A stretch of DNA of 64,000 nucleotides from Candidatus Latescibacterota bacterium (GCA_963667175.2 CAXXXF010000002.1:32001-96000), one strand, 5' to 3'. Positions 40,609-51,040 are shown, numbered from the stretch's first letter. The notes: a model not told the origin generated them from the sequence alone. Program-made: numbers and translations.

Positions 40609-41916
40609 TTGGAATTACTGGAAACCATCTTCTATTTCATTCTCGTACTGGGGGTACTGGTTTTCGTACACGAATTCGGACATTTCGTGGTCGCCAAGAA
40701 ATCCGGTATACGCGTGGAACAGTTCTCGCTGGGATTTCCGCCCAAGGCGTTTGGGATAACGGTTGGCGAGACCGAGTACTGCATTTCCTGGCTGCCCCTT
40801 GGCGGGTACGTGAAAGTCGCGGGAATGTCGGACTTTGGCAGCGCGGAGGTCAGACGTGAGCCCTGGGAATTTCAGTCGAAACCGAGGGGTATCCAGATGG
40901 CGGTGATGATCGCCGGGCCCATCATGAATTTCCTGCTGGGATTCCTGATCATTCTGGGGCTGCGTCTTTCACTGGGGGACTATGTTCTTCAGACGACGAA
41001 GGTAGGCAGGATCGAGGCGACGTCTCCGTTTTATGAGGCGGGTCTGCGATCGAACGACCGCATCCTCTCCGTTAACGGGACACCTGTGGAAGACTGGGGT
41101 GGGCTGATGGATGCATACAACGCGAGTGGCGCCGGAGACGTTGCCCTGGAAGTGGCTCGGGACGAAGACGTGGTGTTCCTTGTGGCCACAACCGACAAAG
41201 GGCAGGAGCCGGGTTTCGATCCTTTCCTGCCTCCCGTTGCCGGATCGGTGATGCCCGGGTACCCTGCCGACAAAGGGGGGATGGCGCCCGGAGACCGCGT
41301 GCTGTCGATCGCCGGCGAACCCGTGCGCGGTTGGGAAGAAATGAGAGAGAAAATTTCCGCCCGGCCGGATCAGGAAACCGAGATCCGGTGGTTGCGCGGC
41401 GACGTGGAAGTCGCGGCACGGATCGTGCCTCAGCCCCAACGAGGCGAGGGGCGAACCATCGGCGTGATCGGCATCGGACCGTCCTTCGAACCCAGCGCGC
41501 GGGCGCCGGTGACCCTTACCGCAGCCATTGAGCGCAGCGGAAGGGACCTGGTGGGATATACCACGCTTATCTTCACGTTAATCAAGCGTCTGATCATGGG
41601 TGAGGTATCGGGAGGAATGATCGCGGGACCGGTAGGCATCGCCCAGATGGCAGGGAGCAAGGCGCGGCAAGGTTGGGAAGCGCTACTCGATTTTATGGCA
41701 ATGCTGAGCATCAACCTCGCCGTCCTGAACCTGCTGCCAATACCCGCGCTGGACGGGGGCCACCTGATGATCCTGAGCGTCGAAGCCATTTCGCGGCGGT
41801 CGCTTTCCTCGCGGCAGAAGGAGCGCCTCCAGCAGGTCGGTTTCGTGTTCCTGCTGGGACTCATGGTGTACGTGACCTTTGGCGACATCGGCCGGATCTG
41901 GGGGTTGTTCTACTGA
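40609..41916 (+). CDS. rseP: RIP metalloprotease RseP
   Basis: HEFGH, PLGGYV, two PDZ domains, NLLPIPALDGGH; TTG start after AGGAG. Confidence 0.95.
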   Translation: MELLETIFYFILVLGVLVFVHEFGHFVVAKKSGIRVEQFSLGFPPKAFGITVGETEYCISWLPLGGYVKVAGMSDFGSAEVRREPWEFQSKPRGIQMAVMIAGPIMNFLLGFLIILGLRLSLGDYVLQTTKVGRIEATSPFYEAGLRSNDRILSVNGTPVEDWGGLMDAYNASGAGDVALEVARDEDVVFLVATTDKGQEPGFDPFLPPVAGSVMPGYPADKGGMAPGDRVLSIAGEPVRGWEEMREKISARPDQETEIRWLRGDVEVAARIVPQPQRGEGRTIGVIGIGPSFEPSARAPVTLTAAIERSGRDLVGYTTLIFTLIKRLIMGEVSGGMIAGPVGIAQMAGSKARQGWEALLDFMAMLSINLAVLNLLPIPALDGGHLMILSVEAISRRSLSSRQKERLQQVGFVFLLGLMVYVTFGDIGRIWGLFY

Positions 41917-41944
41917 TCGAGATGAAGCTGTTTCAACGTTGACG

Positions 41945-41987
41945 AAAAATGAAGCCGGGTTTTTGAACCCGGCTTCAATTTTTTTTT
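41945..41987. terminator. Bidirectional rho-independent terminator
   Basis: A-tract, tgaagccgggtt / aacccggcttca stem, then T9, between convergent genes. Confidence 0.85.
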
Positions 41988-42361
41988 CGCGCGTGACGCC
42001 TGACCTCGGAGTTGCTCTTCCCGGTCTTCTTCCAGTTGCTCTTCCCCGATTTTTTCCATCGTACGAAAACGCTATCCGCTTTCAGCGATTCCATCAGGGC
42101 GCCAGCCAGGAGCTCCAACGTTTCGGGATCCGTCTTCCAGGCGGCAGCCAGGCGTTCCAGGTCTTTCTCGGTGAAACGGACTCCCTGAAGCAAGGCCTTT
42201 CGCTTGACGGCCAGGCTGTCGGGCTGTTCCGCGTACCGGTGATGAAGTCGGATAACGTCCACGACAACGCGCGCCAGTTGTCGTTCGTCGAGTTCGGATC
42301 CATTCCGGGACGCGCACGCCAGCAGGCCGGAGAGCAGGAGCGTGAAGAGTGCCGGTCTCAT
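41975..42361 (-). CDS. Putative lipoprotein (DUF4296-like)
   Basis: MRPALFTLLLSGLLAC lipobox; helical body; basic C-terminus. Confidence 0.6.
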   Translation of the reverse strand: MRPALFTLLLSGLLACASRNGSELDERQLARVVVDVIRLHHRYAEQPDSLAVKRKALLQGVRFTEKDLERLAAAWKTDPETLELLAGALMESLKADSVFVRWKKSGKSNWKKTGKSNSEVRRHARKKN

Positions 42362-42669
42362 TGTGAAAAAGATATCGGGACGCGCCGGGAGCGTCAAGGC
42401 CAAACGGCCAGCGACGTCATGGCGTGACGGCCAACGGAAGAACGGGAATCCGCGCCATACCGTTAACGCCGCCGCAGCGTCGGGACACGGCGCCGTAAGC
42501 ATGGGCCCAATGCAGGAGGCGCCCCTCCACAATATCTGGTATCCGTTGTCGCATGTACTTCTCCATTCCCACCACATTTACTTCTCAGGAGTCGACGCGC
42601 CGAAATGTGCGAGTATGGTCACGGGCTTGTTTTTTTTAGAGATAAGCGAAAAAATCGGTTAGAAATCCC

Positions 42670-42726
42670 TTGACTTTTATATGTCCTGGTCCTAATTTTG
42701 GTGGTGGAAAGTGGTGGAAAGTGGTG
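42670..42726 (+). promoter_or_regulatory. dcw promoter with three MraZ boxes
   Basis: TTGACT-17 nt-TAATTT followed by GTGGTG x3 at 10-nt period (42701-42726). Confidence 0.8.
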
Positions 42727-42883
42727 CGTTAGGGTTGATTTGACAGGCTGCGAGAATATCGCTCGAGCAGGACGAGCCCCGGCACGGTAGTCGGGGCTTT
42801 TTCTCCCGATCCGGCCCCTGGTCGGAGCGAATTCAAAACGCCTTCGTCACCACCGCGGATCATGGCGCTTCTCAGCCTCCGTA

Positions 42884-42913
42884 GCAGTCCGGATGGGCTT
42901 TTTCAACGGGCTG
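42884..42913. mobile_element. MITE end remnant in mraZ leader
   Basis: gcagtccggatgggctttttcaacgggctg matches the terminus of the two full MITE copies. Confidence 0.6.
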
Positions 42914-42933
42914 GTAGCCTCCGAGTGACGCAC

Positions 42934-43389
42934 ATGTCAGACGAAACGCCGCTGTTCATCGGAGAATATGAGGAAATTCCCGTCGATAACAAGGGTCGGC
43001 TGATTGTCCCCGCCGCCATTCGCCGGGTTTTGCCTACGCATGTCACTTCGCTTGTCATCGCGAGGTGGTTTGACGGCTGCCTGGCCGGATTCGATCCGAT
43101 CGGTTGGCAGCAGGTCCTGCAGCAGATACGTGACGGTAGCCATAAGGGCAGAGTGAAGCGTCAGATCGCCCGCTGGGTCATGGGGGGAGCGGCGGAGACC
43201 AGAATCGACCGGCAGGGGCGTCTGCTGATTCCGCGAAAGCTGCTCGATACGGCGGAAATCGCGGACCGTGCGACGCTCAGTGGCGTTGGCAACAGGATAG
43301 AAGTCTGGAATCCGGCGCGATACAGCGCCGATATGAGTGATGTCGGCCAGAACCTGGAAGAATTCGCGGAAGACCTCGACATTCTCTGA
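42934..43389 (+). CDS. mraZ: Division/cell wall cluster repressor MraZ
   Basis: FIGEY, VDNKGRLIVP, IDRQGRLLIP, GVGNRIEVW. Confidence 0.95.
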   Translation: MSDETPLFIGEYEEIPVDNKGRLIVPAAIRRVLPTHVTSLVIARWFDGCLAGFDPIGWQQVLQQIRDGSHKGRVKRQIARWVMGGAAETRIDRQGRLLIPRKLLDTAEIADRATLSGVGNRIEVWNPARYSADMSDVGQNLEEFAEDLDIL

Positions 43390-44329
43390 GTCCGGGCTCA
43401 GCGCCGCGGAATTTCACACGCCGGTCCTGGGTCTGGAAACGGCCGGCCGGGTGGTTAACGACCCGAACGGAATTTACGTCGATGGGACGGTGGGCGGCGG
43501 CGGCCATGCCGAGTTTCTGCTGGCGCGGATGGGCCCGCAGGGACGACTGATCGGTCTGGATCGGGATCCGGAGGCGATTTCGGCCGCCTCCCGTCGACTG
43601 CGCGGATTTTCCGATCAGGTGGAATTCGTCCGGACCCCTTTCAGCGAACTGCAGCCGGTTCTGGACGATCTGGGCGTGAGACAAATATCCGGGGCGCTTT
43701 TCGATCTCGGAGTTTCATCTCATCAGATCGAGGAGCCCTCCCGCGGCTTCAGTTATCGTCGAAACGGACCTCTGGATATGCGGATGGGGCCCGATGCCCG
43801 TCGGTCCGCGCGGGAGATCGTGAATGCTTATCCCCTCGCAGAATTGACGCGGATTTTCAGGAAATTCGGCGAGGAGCGCGCGGCGGGCCGGATTGCGCGG
43901 GCAATATGCCGTCGGCGGGTCCGGAAGCCGCTCGAGGAGACTTTGGAACTGGCCGCACTCATTTCGGAAACCGCGCGCGGACCCCGGACCGGAAAAGCCA
44001 TTGCCAGGATCTTTCAGTCGATCCGCATGGAAGTCAACGGTGAACTGGAGCAGCTTCGGGGGACCCTTGATGCGACCATCGGGAGGCTGGCGCGGGGCGG
44101 ACGGATAGGCGTTCTGTCCTATCACTCGATTGAAGACCGCGCGGTGAAGACGGCGTTTCGTTCGGCATCCCTGGCTTGTGTTTGCCCGCCGAATCTTCCC
44201 GTGTGCGGATGCGGACGAGTCCCGCAGATGCATGTCCTGACTCCTCGCGGCATTCGACCTGAACCGGATGAACAACGTCGAAACCCGAGGTCCAGGAGCG
44301 CCACGCTGCGGGTCGCCGAGAAACGGTGA
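43337..44329 (+). CDS. rsmH: 16S rRNA m4C1402 methyltransferase (start uncertain)
   Basis: HTPVL, VDGTVGGGGH, DLGVSS, LDMRM, SYHSIEDR, NPRSRSA. Confidence 0.95.
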   Translation: MMSARTWKNSRKTSTFSESGLSAAEFHTPVLGLETAGRVVNDPNGIYVDGTVGGGGHAEFLLARMGPQGRLIGLDRDPEAISAASRRLRGFSDQVEFVRTPFSELQPVLDDLGVRQISGALFDLGVSSHQIEEPSRGFSYRRNGPLDMRMGPDARRSAREIVNAYPLAELTRIFRKFGEERAAGRIARAICRRRVRKPLEETLELAALISETARGPRTGKAIARIFQSIRMEVNGELEQLRGTLDATIGRLARGGRIGVLSYHSIEDRAVKTAFRSASLACVCPPNLPVCGCGRVPQMHVLTPRGIRPEPDEQRRNPRSRSATLRVAEKR

Positions 44330-44360
44330 AGTCGGGCGTTCGGATGAAACATGGCCGCGT

Positions 44361-44705
44361 ATGAAACCCAATACCGAAGTGAAGACGACGGGGGGATATC
44401 GATATGTCCTCCTCGCCGTGGCAATGGTGGTTGCGGGCCTTCTGGGTTACCTGTGGGAGCAGGCACAGACCGTGCGGCAGGGCGACGAAATCGCACGTCT
44501 TCGAGCCGGGCATCAGCAGCTGCTCCGTCATCAGGAGCGTCTCCGGGCAGAGATTTCAGGACTCCGAAGAAGCAGCCGAATCAGGGAAATCGCGACGGTT
44601 AAGCTCGGGATGACGTTTCCACAGGGTCCGCCTCAAAACCTGTACCTGGACGGACAACCCGGCCGCCAGGCGCTTTCCCGCCAAAAAATGAACCATGCGG
44701 ATTGA
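44361..44705 (+). CDS. ftsL: Cell division protein FtsL
   Basis: Single TM plus coiled coil, RIREIATVKLGM; lies between rsmH and ftsI. Confidence 0.85.
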   Translation: MKPNTEVKTTGGYRYVLLAVAMVVAGLLGYLWEQAQTVRQGDEIARLRAGHQQLLRHQERLRAEISGLRRSSRIREIATVKLGMTFPQGPPQNLYLDGQPGRQALSRQKMNHAD

Positions 44706-46791
44706 AGCGCGCCATATTCGCCGGATGAGAGCGATCTGCCTGCTCGGCGGTATCTTCGTTCTGGTCCTGGTCTACAGATTGACCGCGCTTCAGGTCTGGA
44801 CGGGTGACTTCTACAGCGCGCGGGCGAAGAGGCAGCACGAAAAGCCAACAGTGTTACAGGCGAACCGAGGTCGAATTCTGGACCGGCAGGGCCGGGTGCT
44901 CGCAACAAACCTCGAAGCCCAATCGTTCTTTGTCAACAGAGTAGCCGAACTGGATAGCCTTCGATCCATCGCGGTGCGATTTTCCGGAAGCGATGGCGAG
45001 CAGAACGCCGCGCTCCTGCGACGGCTGAAGAAGAGGCAATTCGTCTGGCTGGCTCGAAAGGTCTTCAGCGACCCGCGACAGGATTCGTTGCCGAAGGGTG
45101 TGGGCCGGATCGTCGAGATGAAGCGAAGCTATCCGATGGCTGAACTTGCCGGACAGATTCTGGGGTACACCGACATTGACAACCTTGGAATCGAGGGCGT
45201 GGAACTCGCCTGCAACTCGCTTCTGCAGGGCGAACCCGGAGATATGACGTCCAGGCGGGACGCGCGCGGCGAGGCGCTGGGCGCCCTGGGTGTCGTACGC
45301 AGAATGCCCGAGGACGGCGAGGACGTCATGTTGACCCTGGACGTCGATTACCAGTCGATCGTGGAAGAGGAGTTGGCCGCCGCCGTTACGGAGTTCCAGG
45401 CGGTGCACGGCATGGCGATCGTCACTTCACCCCGGTCAGGTGAAATCCTGGCGATGGCCAATGTGCCGCTGTACGATCCCAATCATTTCGGGAAATACGA
45501 TGCGGCGGTCCGGCGCAACCGCGCGGTAACCGATCTTTTCGAACCGGGATCGACGTTCAAGGCGTTCACTGTCGCGGGTGCGCTGTATGAAGGCCTCTGG
45601 CGCCGCGAAGATCGGATCTTCTGTGAGTTCGGCCGGATGAAGATTCCCGGCGGCGTGATCCGGGACACCCATCCTTGCGGGTGGTTGACGGTACAGCAGG
45701 TCGTGGAGGAATCCAGCAACATCGGTACCGTGAAAATCGCCCGAAAACTGAAACAGGCAGGCTTGTACGAATATGTCCGGCTGTTCGGATTCGGTACCAG
45801 GACTGCCGTGGATCTGCCGGGTGAAGTACCCGGAAACGTCAAGAAACCGACACAATGGTCGGGAAGAACGCTGGCGTCGATGGCGATCGGGCAGGAAATC
45901 GGCGTAACGGCATTGCAGATGGCGATGGCTTACGGCGCCATCGCCAACGGCGGTCGATTGATGGCGCCGCAAATCTATCGCCGCCGTTCGCCGGGCGGCG
46001 TCTGGGTGTCCGAGCGGCCCCACGTTCTGCGCGAGGTCGTTTCCGAGGAGACGGCACGGAACGTCGCCGAGATCCTCGAGGGGGTGGTACTGCGAGGCAC
46101 GGGCGCAAACGCGCAGGTATCCGGCTATCGCGTTGCCGGCAAAACGGGCACCGCGCAGCGAGCAAGAGAAGGAGGGAGGGGCTATGATCCGCATCGGTAC
46201 ATTTCCTCATTTGTCGGATTTCTGCCGGTAGAGCGTGCCGAATTCGTGTGTATCGTGGTCGTTGACAGTCCGAAGGGAACTTCCTGGGGCAGCAAGGTGG
46301 CGGCGCCCGTCTTCAGGCGGATCATGAGACGAATCTTGAGCCTGCGGGACACGGAAATGCGACATCGAGCAGTCGTTGAAGCCCGCGAGAAGGACGATGC
46401 GGAAACATCCACGCCGGTCCTGGCGGGACTGTCCCGGAAAGTGGCGAAACGGGTGATGGACCGGCACGGCATCCATCCGACGCGGGTTCGCGCGGGCGCG
46501 ACGTCGTCGGTAAAAGCGCAGGTCCCGTCGACTGAAATCAGGAAATCCCGGCAGGCAACCGCTTCGGTGGATTCGGCGAAGACCGATGATTCCGTAACCA
46601 TGCCTGACGTTGTGGGGGTTCCGCTACGGCAGGCTGTGGTTCAGTTGACGTCCTCGGGGTTGGTGGTAAGCGCCTCGGGCAGCGGAAGCGTCGTTTCGCA
46701 GACTCCCGTCGCCGGGTTGCCGGTTGCCCGCGGCACGGTCTGCAACGTGGAGTGCAGCCCGCGAAAAACGCCAATTCCGAACGACATGTGA
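44695..46791 (+). CDS. ftsI: Penicillin-binding protein FtsI with PASTA domain(s)
   Basis: RGRILDR, EPGSTFK (SxxK), SSN, KTGTAQ. Confidence 0.93.
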   Translation: MRIEARHIRRMRAICLLGGIFVLVLVYRLTALQVWTGDFYSARAKRQHEKPTVLQANRGRILDRQGRVLATNLEAQSFFVNRVAELDSLRSIAVRFSGSDGEQNAALLRRLKKRQFVWLARKVFSDPRQDSLPKGVGRIVEMKRSYPMAELAGQILGYTDIDNLGIEGVELACNSLLQGEPGDMTSRRDARGEALGALGVVRRMPEDGEDVMLTLDVDYQSIVEEELAAAVTEFQAVHGMAIVTSPRSGEILAMANVPLYDPNHFGKYDAAVRRNRAVTDLFEPGSTFKAFTVAGALYEGLWRREDRIFCEFGRMKIPGGVIRDTHPCGWLTVQQVVEESSNIGTVKIARKLKQAGLYEYVRLFGFGTRTAVDLPGEVPGNVKKPTQWSGRTLASMAIGQEIGVTALQMAMAYGAIANGGRLMAPQIYRRRSPGGVWVSERPHVLREVVSEETARNVAEILEGVVLRGTGANAQVSGYRVAGKTGTAQRAREGGRGYDPHRYISSFVGFLPVERAEFVCIVVVDSPKGTSWGSKVAAPVFRRIMRRILSLRDTEMRHRAVVEAREKDDAETSTPVLAGLSRKVAKRVMDRHGIHPTRVRAGATSSVKAQVPSTEIRKSRQATASVDSAKTDDSVTMPDVVGVPLRQAVVQLTSSGLVVSASGSGSVVSQTPVAGLPVARGTVCNVECSPRKTPIPNDM

Positions 46792-46804
46792 CAAGAGTCA
46801 CGTT

Positions 46805-48328
46805 ATGCGGCTGGTCGACTTCATTTCCCGGGTTCCAGGGGCACAATGGCTTCACAGGGGCGATCCATGGGTTTCCGGTCTGGCCACGGATTCGCGAAAG
46901 GTCCGACCGGGTGATCTGTTCGTCGCCATCAGGGGAGGACAGCTTCGGGACCGGCATGCATTCGTGCCTCAGGCCGTGGCTGCCGGGGCCGTGGCGGTGG
47001 TGGTTGAAGAGCAGGTTGAAGCGGACGTTGCAGTCGTCCGGGTGCCCTCGGCGCGGAAGGCGCTGGGAATCCTCGCCGAACGACTTTACGGGTCGCCTTC
47101 GCGCAACCTTCGAATGGCGGGGGTAACGGGAACCAATGGAAAGACCACGACGGCAATGCTGTTACATGCGTCGCTGGACGCCTCCGCGGGGGCCTGCGGA
47201 TTGCTCGGCACGGTTGAATACAGACTGGGCGGGCGGGGGATACCGTCTTTCATCGGAACGCCTGAAGCGCACGATCTGCAGCGGTTGCTGAAAGAGATGA
47301 CGGACAACGGCTGCGAGGCGGCCGTGATGGAAGTGACGTCGCACGGATTGGCGCTGGACCGTGTGCACGGGATCGAATTCAACACGGCGGTCTTTACCAA
47401 TTTCTCGCGGGACCATCTGGATTTCCACGATTCGCTGGAATCCTATCTGGCCGCAAAAAAGCTGCTCTTTGACAACCTGGTTCCGGATGCGCATGCCGTG
47501 GTGAACGCGGACGACGAGGCGACCGATCGCCTCTTGAGCGACTGCAGTGCCCGGGTCGTGTCCTTCGGCCGTTCGCCGGGAGCGGATGTACGAATCACGT
47601 CCGCGGATGCGGACGGCGGCGGCACACGCATGGAGCTGGAAACGCATTGGGGAACCCTGTGTTTTTCGATGGCGCTTCAGGGTCGTTTCCATCAAATGAA
47701 CGCCGCGGCTGCAATCGCCGCCGGGCTGACGATGGACGTGGACGCGGAGACGATTGCCGGGGCCATTCGGGACGTACAGGTGCCCGGCCGTTTCGAGAGC
47801 GTTCGAGAGGGTCAGGATTTCAGTGTGATTGTGGATTACGCACATACGCCCGACGCGCTCGGGAACGTATTGCGGGCGGCCCGCGAGTTTACGGAAGGTC
47901 GATTGATCTGCGTGTTTGGATGCGGCGGCGATCGCGACCGCGGCAAGCGGTCGCAGATGGGACGTATTTCGGCCCGGACGTCCGATCTGACCATTGTGAC
48001 GTCCGACAATCCCAGGACCGAAAACCCGGAGTCGATTCTCAAAGACATCCTGGAGGGTGTTGGAAGCGCCGACTATCGGGTCGAAGTTGACCGGCGTAAG
48101 GCGATTACACTGGCCGTTGAATGTGCTTCGTCCGGCGACCTTGTCGTTATCGCCGGCAAGGGTCACGAGAATTATCAGGATATCGGAGGACAGAAGGTCC
48201 ACTTCGACGACCGGCAGGTGGCGCGGGACATCCTGAGGGGTCGCAATTCGCCCTTGTCGGGGCGCCGGACGCCCGCTGGATCGAGACTGGCAGATCGTCA
48301 CCCGGAACGCGGAATATGGAAGGAATGA
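46805..48328 (+). CDS. murE: UDP-MurNAc-tripeptide synthetase (meso-DAP type)
   Basis: GVTGTNGKTT, VDYAHTPD, GCGGDRD, DNPR, AGKGHE. Confidence 0.96.
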   Translation: MRLVDFISRVPGAQWLHRGDPWVSGLATDSRKVRPGDLFVAIRGGQLRDRHAFVPQAVAAGAVAVVVEEQVEADVAVVRVPSARKALGILAERLYGSPSRNLRMAGVTGTNGKTTTAMLLHASLDASAGACGLLGTVEYRLGGRGIPSFIGTPEAHDLQRLLKEMTDNGCEAAVMEVTSHGLALDRVHGIEFNTAVFTNFSRDHLDFHDSLESYLAAKKLLFDNLVPDAHAVVNADDEATDRLLSDCSARVVSFGRSPGADVRITSADADGGGTRMELETHWGTLCFSMALQGRFHQMNAAAAIAAGLTMDVDAETIAGAIRDVQVPGRFESVREGQDFSVIVDYAHTPDALGNVLRAAREFTEGRLICVFGCGGDRDRGKRSQMGRISARTSDLTIVTSDNPRTENPESILKDILEGVGSADYRVEVDRRKAITLAVECASSGDLVVIAGKGHENYQDIGGQKVHFDDRQVARDILRGRNSPLSGRRTPAGSRLADRHPERGIWKE

Positions 48329-49740
48329 CACTGGCGGAAGCGGCGGCGGCAATGGACGGAGCGTTGGTCGGCGCCGGCGATCCGGCGATCTGTCCGACGG
48401 GCGGGTGCATCGATACGCGGGTGTTGAACGCGGGCGAGTTGTTTTTCGCGCTCGAGGGAGAGCGCGTCGACGGAAACCGGGATGGGCATCGATTTGTGGA
48501 CGACGCCCTGAATAAAGGGGCGGCAGGCGCCGTCGTCTCACGACAGTGGGCCGAAGACCGAAAATCCCGAAGACAACCCGGAACGCTGATCGCCGTCGAG
48601 AATCCGGGCCTCGCGCTGGGCGCTCTCGGCAGCGCGTACCGCCGGCGATTTCGGATTCCGGTGGTGGGCATTACCGGAAGCAGTGGGAAGACGACGACCA
48701 AGGATATGGCGACCGCCGTGTTGAGCACCCGGTACCGGGTGCTGTCCACGGAAGGCAACCTGAACAACTGGCTTGGGGTCCCACTGACCATGCTGCGGCT
48801 TTCAGGCGACCACGAAGCCGCGGTCATCGAACTGGGCATCAGCGAACACGGCGGTTTGAAATACCTGTGCGAAATTGCCGATCCGACGATCGGCGTGATT
48901 ACCAATATTGGACCCGCACACCTTGAGTTTTTAGGCTCTGTAGAGGGGGTGGCCAAAGCCAAAGGGGAACTCCTGGATCATCTTGAAGAGTCTTCAATGG
49001 CTATCTTGAATCTCGATAACCTGTACGTGTCCAAGGAGCGAGCAAGACTAAAGGGGAGACTCCTGGGCTTTGGTATCGAGAAGATATGTCAGTTTCGTGG
49101 GGAGGGACTTGTCATAGACCAGGAGGGCTGCGGTCATTTCTCTCTGCAGGGCCGTCTTTTTCGTCTGGCTGTACCCGGTCGGCACCAGGTGTATAACGCG
49201 CTGGCCGCGGCGGCGGCGGGCGCCGCACTGGATGTGCCTGTTGAAAACGCCGCAAGAGCGCTTGGTGAATTTCGCCCTTCGAAGTTGCGGGGTCAGGTGG
49301 TCGAACGGGATGGAATCCGGCTGTTGAACGATTCGTACAACGCCAATCCCGCCTCAATGCGGGCGGCTCTGGAAACACTGGCGCAGATGTCCATCACGGG
49401 CGACGGACGGCGGGTGGCTGTGCTGGGCGATATGCTTGAACTGGGCGCGTCCGCCATCCAAAGCCACCGGCGCCTGGGTCTGCTCGCCGCCGGACTCGGG
49501 ATCGACGCCGTATTCGCGTTCGGTAAAATGTCGACGTACGTGTCTGAAGGCAGCGTATCGGGCGGTCTTTCACCGAAGCGGTCGCGGGCATTCACGGACC
49601 GTGATACCCTGGTGACAAAGCTCAGGGCCTTTCTCAAACCCGGCGATCTGATTCTGATGAAGGGGTCTCGCGGACTGGCAATGGAGACAACAGCCGAAGC
49701 GTTGGGGTTTGAAACGAAACCATCAGTTATGGTCGACTGA
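48316..49740 (+). CDS. murF: UDP-MurNAc-tripeptide--D-Ala-D-Ala ligase
   Basis: GITGSSGKTTTK, NDSYNANP, LGDMLELG, KGSRG. Confidence 0.96.
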   Translation: MEGMTLAEAAAAMDGALVGAGDPAICPTGGCIDTRVLNAGELFFALEGERVDGNRDGHRFVDDALNKGAAGAVVSRQWAEDRKSRRQPGTLIAVENPGLALGALGSAYRRRFRIPVVGITGSSGKTTTKDMATAVLSTRYRVLSTEGNLNNWLGVPLTMLRLSGDHEAAVIELGISEHGGLKYLCEIADPTIGVITNIGPAHLEFLGSVEGVAKAKGELLDHLEESSMAILNLDNLYVSKERARLKGRLLGFGIEKICQFRGEGLVIDQEGCGHFSLQGRLFRLAVPGRHQVYNALAAAAAGAALDVPVENAARALGEFRPSKLRGQVVERDGIRLLNDSYNANPASMRAALETLAQMSITGDGRRVAVLGDMLELGASAIQSHRRLGLLAAGLGIDAVFAFGKMSTYVSEGSVSGGLSPKRSRAFTDRDTLVTKLRAFLKPGDLILMKGSRGLAMETTAEALGFETKPSVMVD

Positions 49741-49864
49741 CGACGCTTCGATCCTGTCCGTCGCGCGTCTGCAGTTTCTGACGTTTCGTCCTGAATTCAC
49801 AATCCCGTTCCGTGATCCCAGGCCGGTCTCCGTTTCGGGATCTCATTTCCGACAAGTGGAATAT

Positions 49865-51040
49865 ATGACGACCGCAGGCGCAGAACGTCAGCCCTTTCTG
49901 CTGATGTTGCTGGTGATCGGGCTGGTTGGATTTGGCCTCGTGATGGTGTATAGCGCCAGCACGGCCCTGGGTCAGGTGCGATTCGAGAGCGGCCACTTTT
50001 TCCTGAAGCGGTGGGCGGTGCGCACGGCGGTCGGTCTCGTGGCGATGCTCTTGATTATGCGGGTGGACTATCGCGTCTGGGCACGATTTGCCCGGGTGTT
50101 GCTGGCCATCGGTTTTCTGGGATTGGCCGTTGTCCTGGTCTTCAAACTGGCGGGTATCGGCAAGGTGCGCGGCGCATACCGGTGGATTCCATTGCCCGGG
50201 GGCACGCTGCAGCCTTCGGATCTGATGCGTCTCGCGCTGGTCGTCTACCTGGCGGAGTCGCTCAGCAGGCGCCAGGGCCTGGTAAGGGATCTCGTTCAGG
50301 GTTTTCTCCCGCATATTGCCATCATCGGCGTCGCAATGGGAATGGTCATGCTTCAGCCGGATCTGGGAACGGCACTGGCGATTGGATTGACGTGCACGCT
50401 GATGTTGTATCTGGCCGGTGTGCGGGTAAAGCATCTGGCCGGAACGGGGATGGTGCTACTGCCGTTACTGTATATCGTCGTATTCGTACTGGGATATCGA
50501 AAGGAACGGTTGTTGACGTTCCTGAGTCCGACGGACGACGTGCAGGGCGCCGGTTATCATGTGATGCAGTCTTTGCTGGCGCTGGGAAGTGGAGGATGGA
50601 CAGGCGTGGGGCTCGGACAGAGTCTGCAGAAATATTTCTTCCTGCCGGAGCCGCATACCGACTTTGTGTTCAGCATCGTGGGCGAGGAACTCGGATTTGC
50701 CGGCACCGCCGGCCTGGTGATCTGTTTCCTTCTCATCGCCCGATACGGCTTTCAGATCGCCCGTCGTGCGCCGGACCTGCACGGCTTCTTTCTGGCGTCA
50801 GGGATTACGTTCATGATTCTGGTTTACGCGTTCATAAACATGGGCGTATGCACTGGATTGTTACCGGCCACCGGGCTTCCCCTGCCGTTTATCAGTTACG
50901 GTGGGTCTTCACTGCTATTCACGATGCTGGCCGTTGGAATTCTGATCAACATCGGGCGGCGCGGAACGGCCGACCCGGGAACGCTTCCCCAACGAACCGG
51001 TACCGTCAGAAGGTACAGGATGGGAGATCGCAGGATCTGA
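49865..51040 (+). CDS. ftsW: Peptidoglycan glycosyltransferase FtsW
   Basis: MVYSAS, QPDLG, LPEPHTDF, GEELG, LPFISYGGSS. Confidence 0.95.
   Translation: MTTAGAERQPFLLMLLVIGLVGFGLVMVYSASTALGQVRFESGHFFLKRWAVRTAVGLVAMLLIMRVDYRVWARFARVLLAIGFLGLAVVLVFKLAGIGKVRGAYRWIPLPGGTLQPSDLMRLALVVYLAESLSRRQGLVRDLVQGFLPHIAIIGVAMGMVMLQPDLGTALAIGLTCTLMLYLAGVRVKHLAGTGMVLLPLLYIVVFVLGYRKERLLTFLSPTDDVQGAGYHVMQSLLALGSGGWTGVGLGQSLQKYFFLPEPHTDFVFSIVGEELGFAGTAGLVICFLLIARYGFQIARRAPDLHGFFLASGITFMILVYAFINMGVCTGLLPATGLPLPFISYGGSSLLFTMLAVGILINIGRRGTADPGTLPQRTGTVRRYRMGDRRI

Noticed and set aside
42701-42726. 10-nt tandem repeat as iterons
   Set aside because: Position and sequence fit MraZ binding boxes.
43337-43410. Frameshift or fusion between mraZ and rsmH
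   Set aside because: Both proteins look complete; only the rsmH start (overlapping GTG/ATG) is ambiguous.
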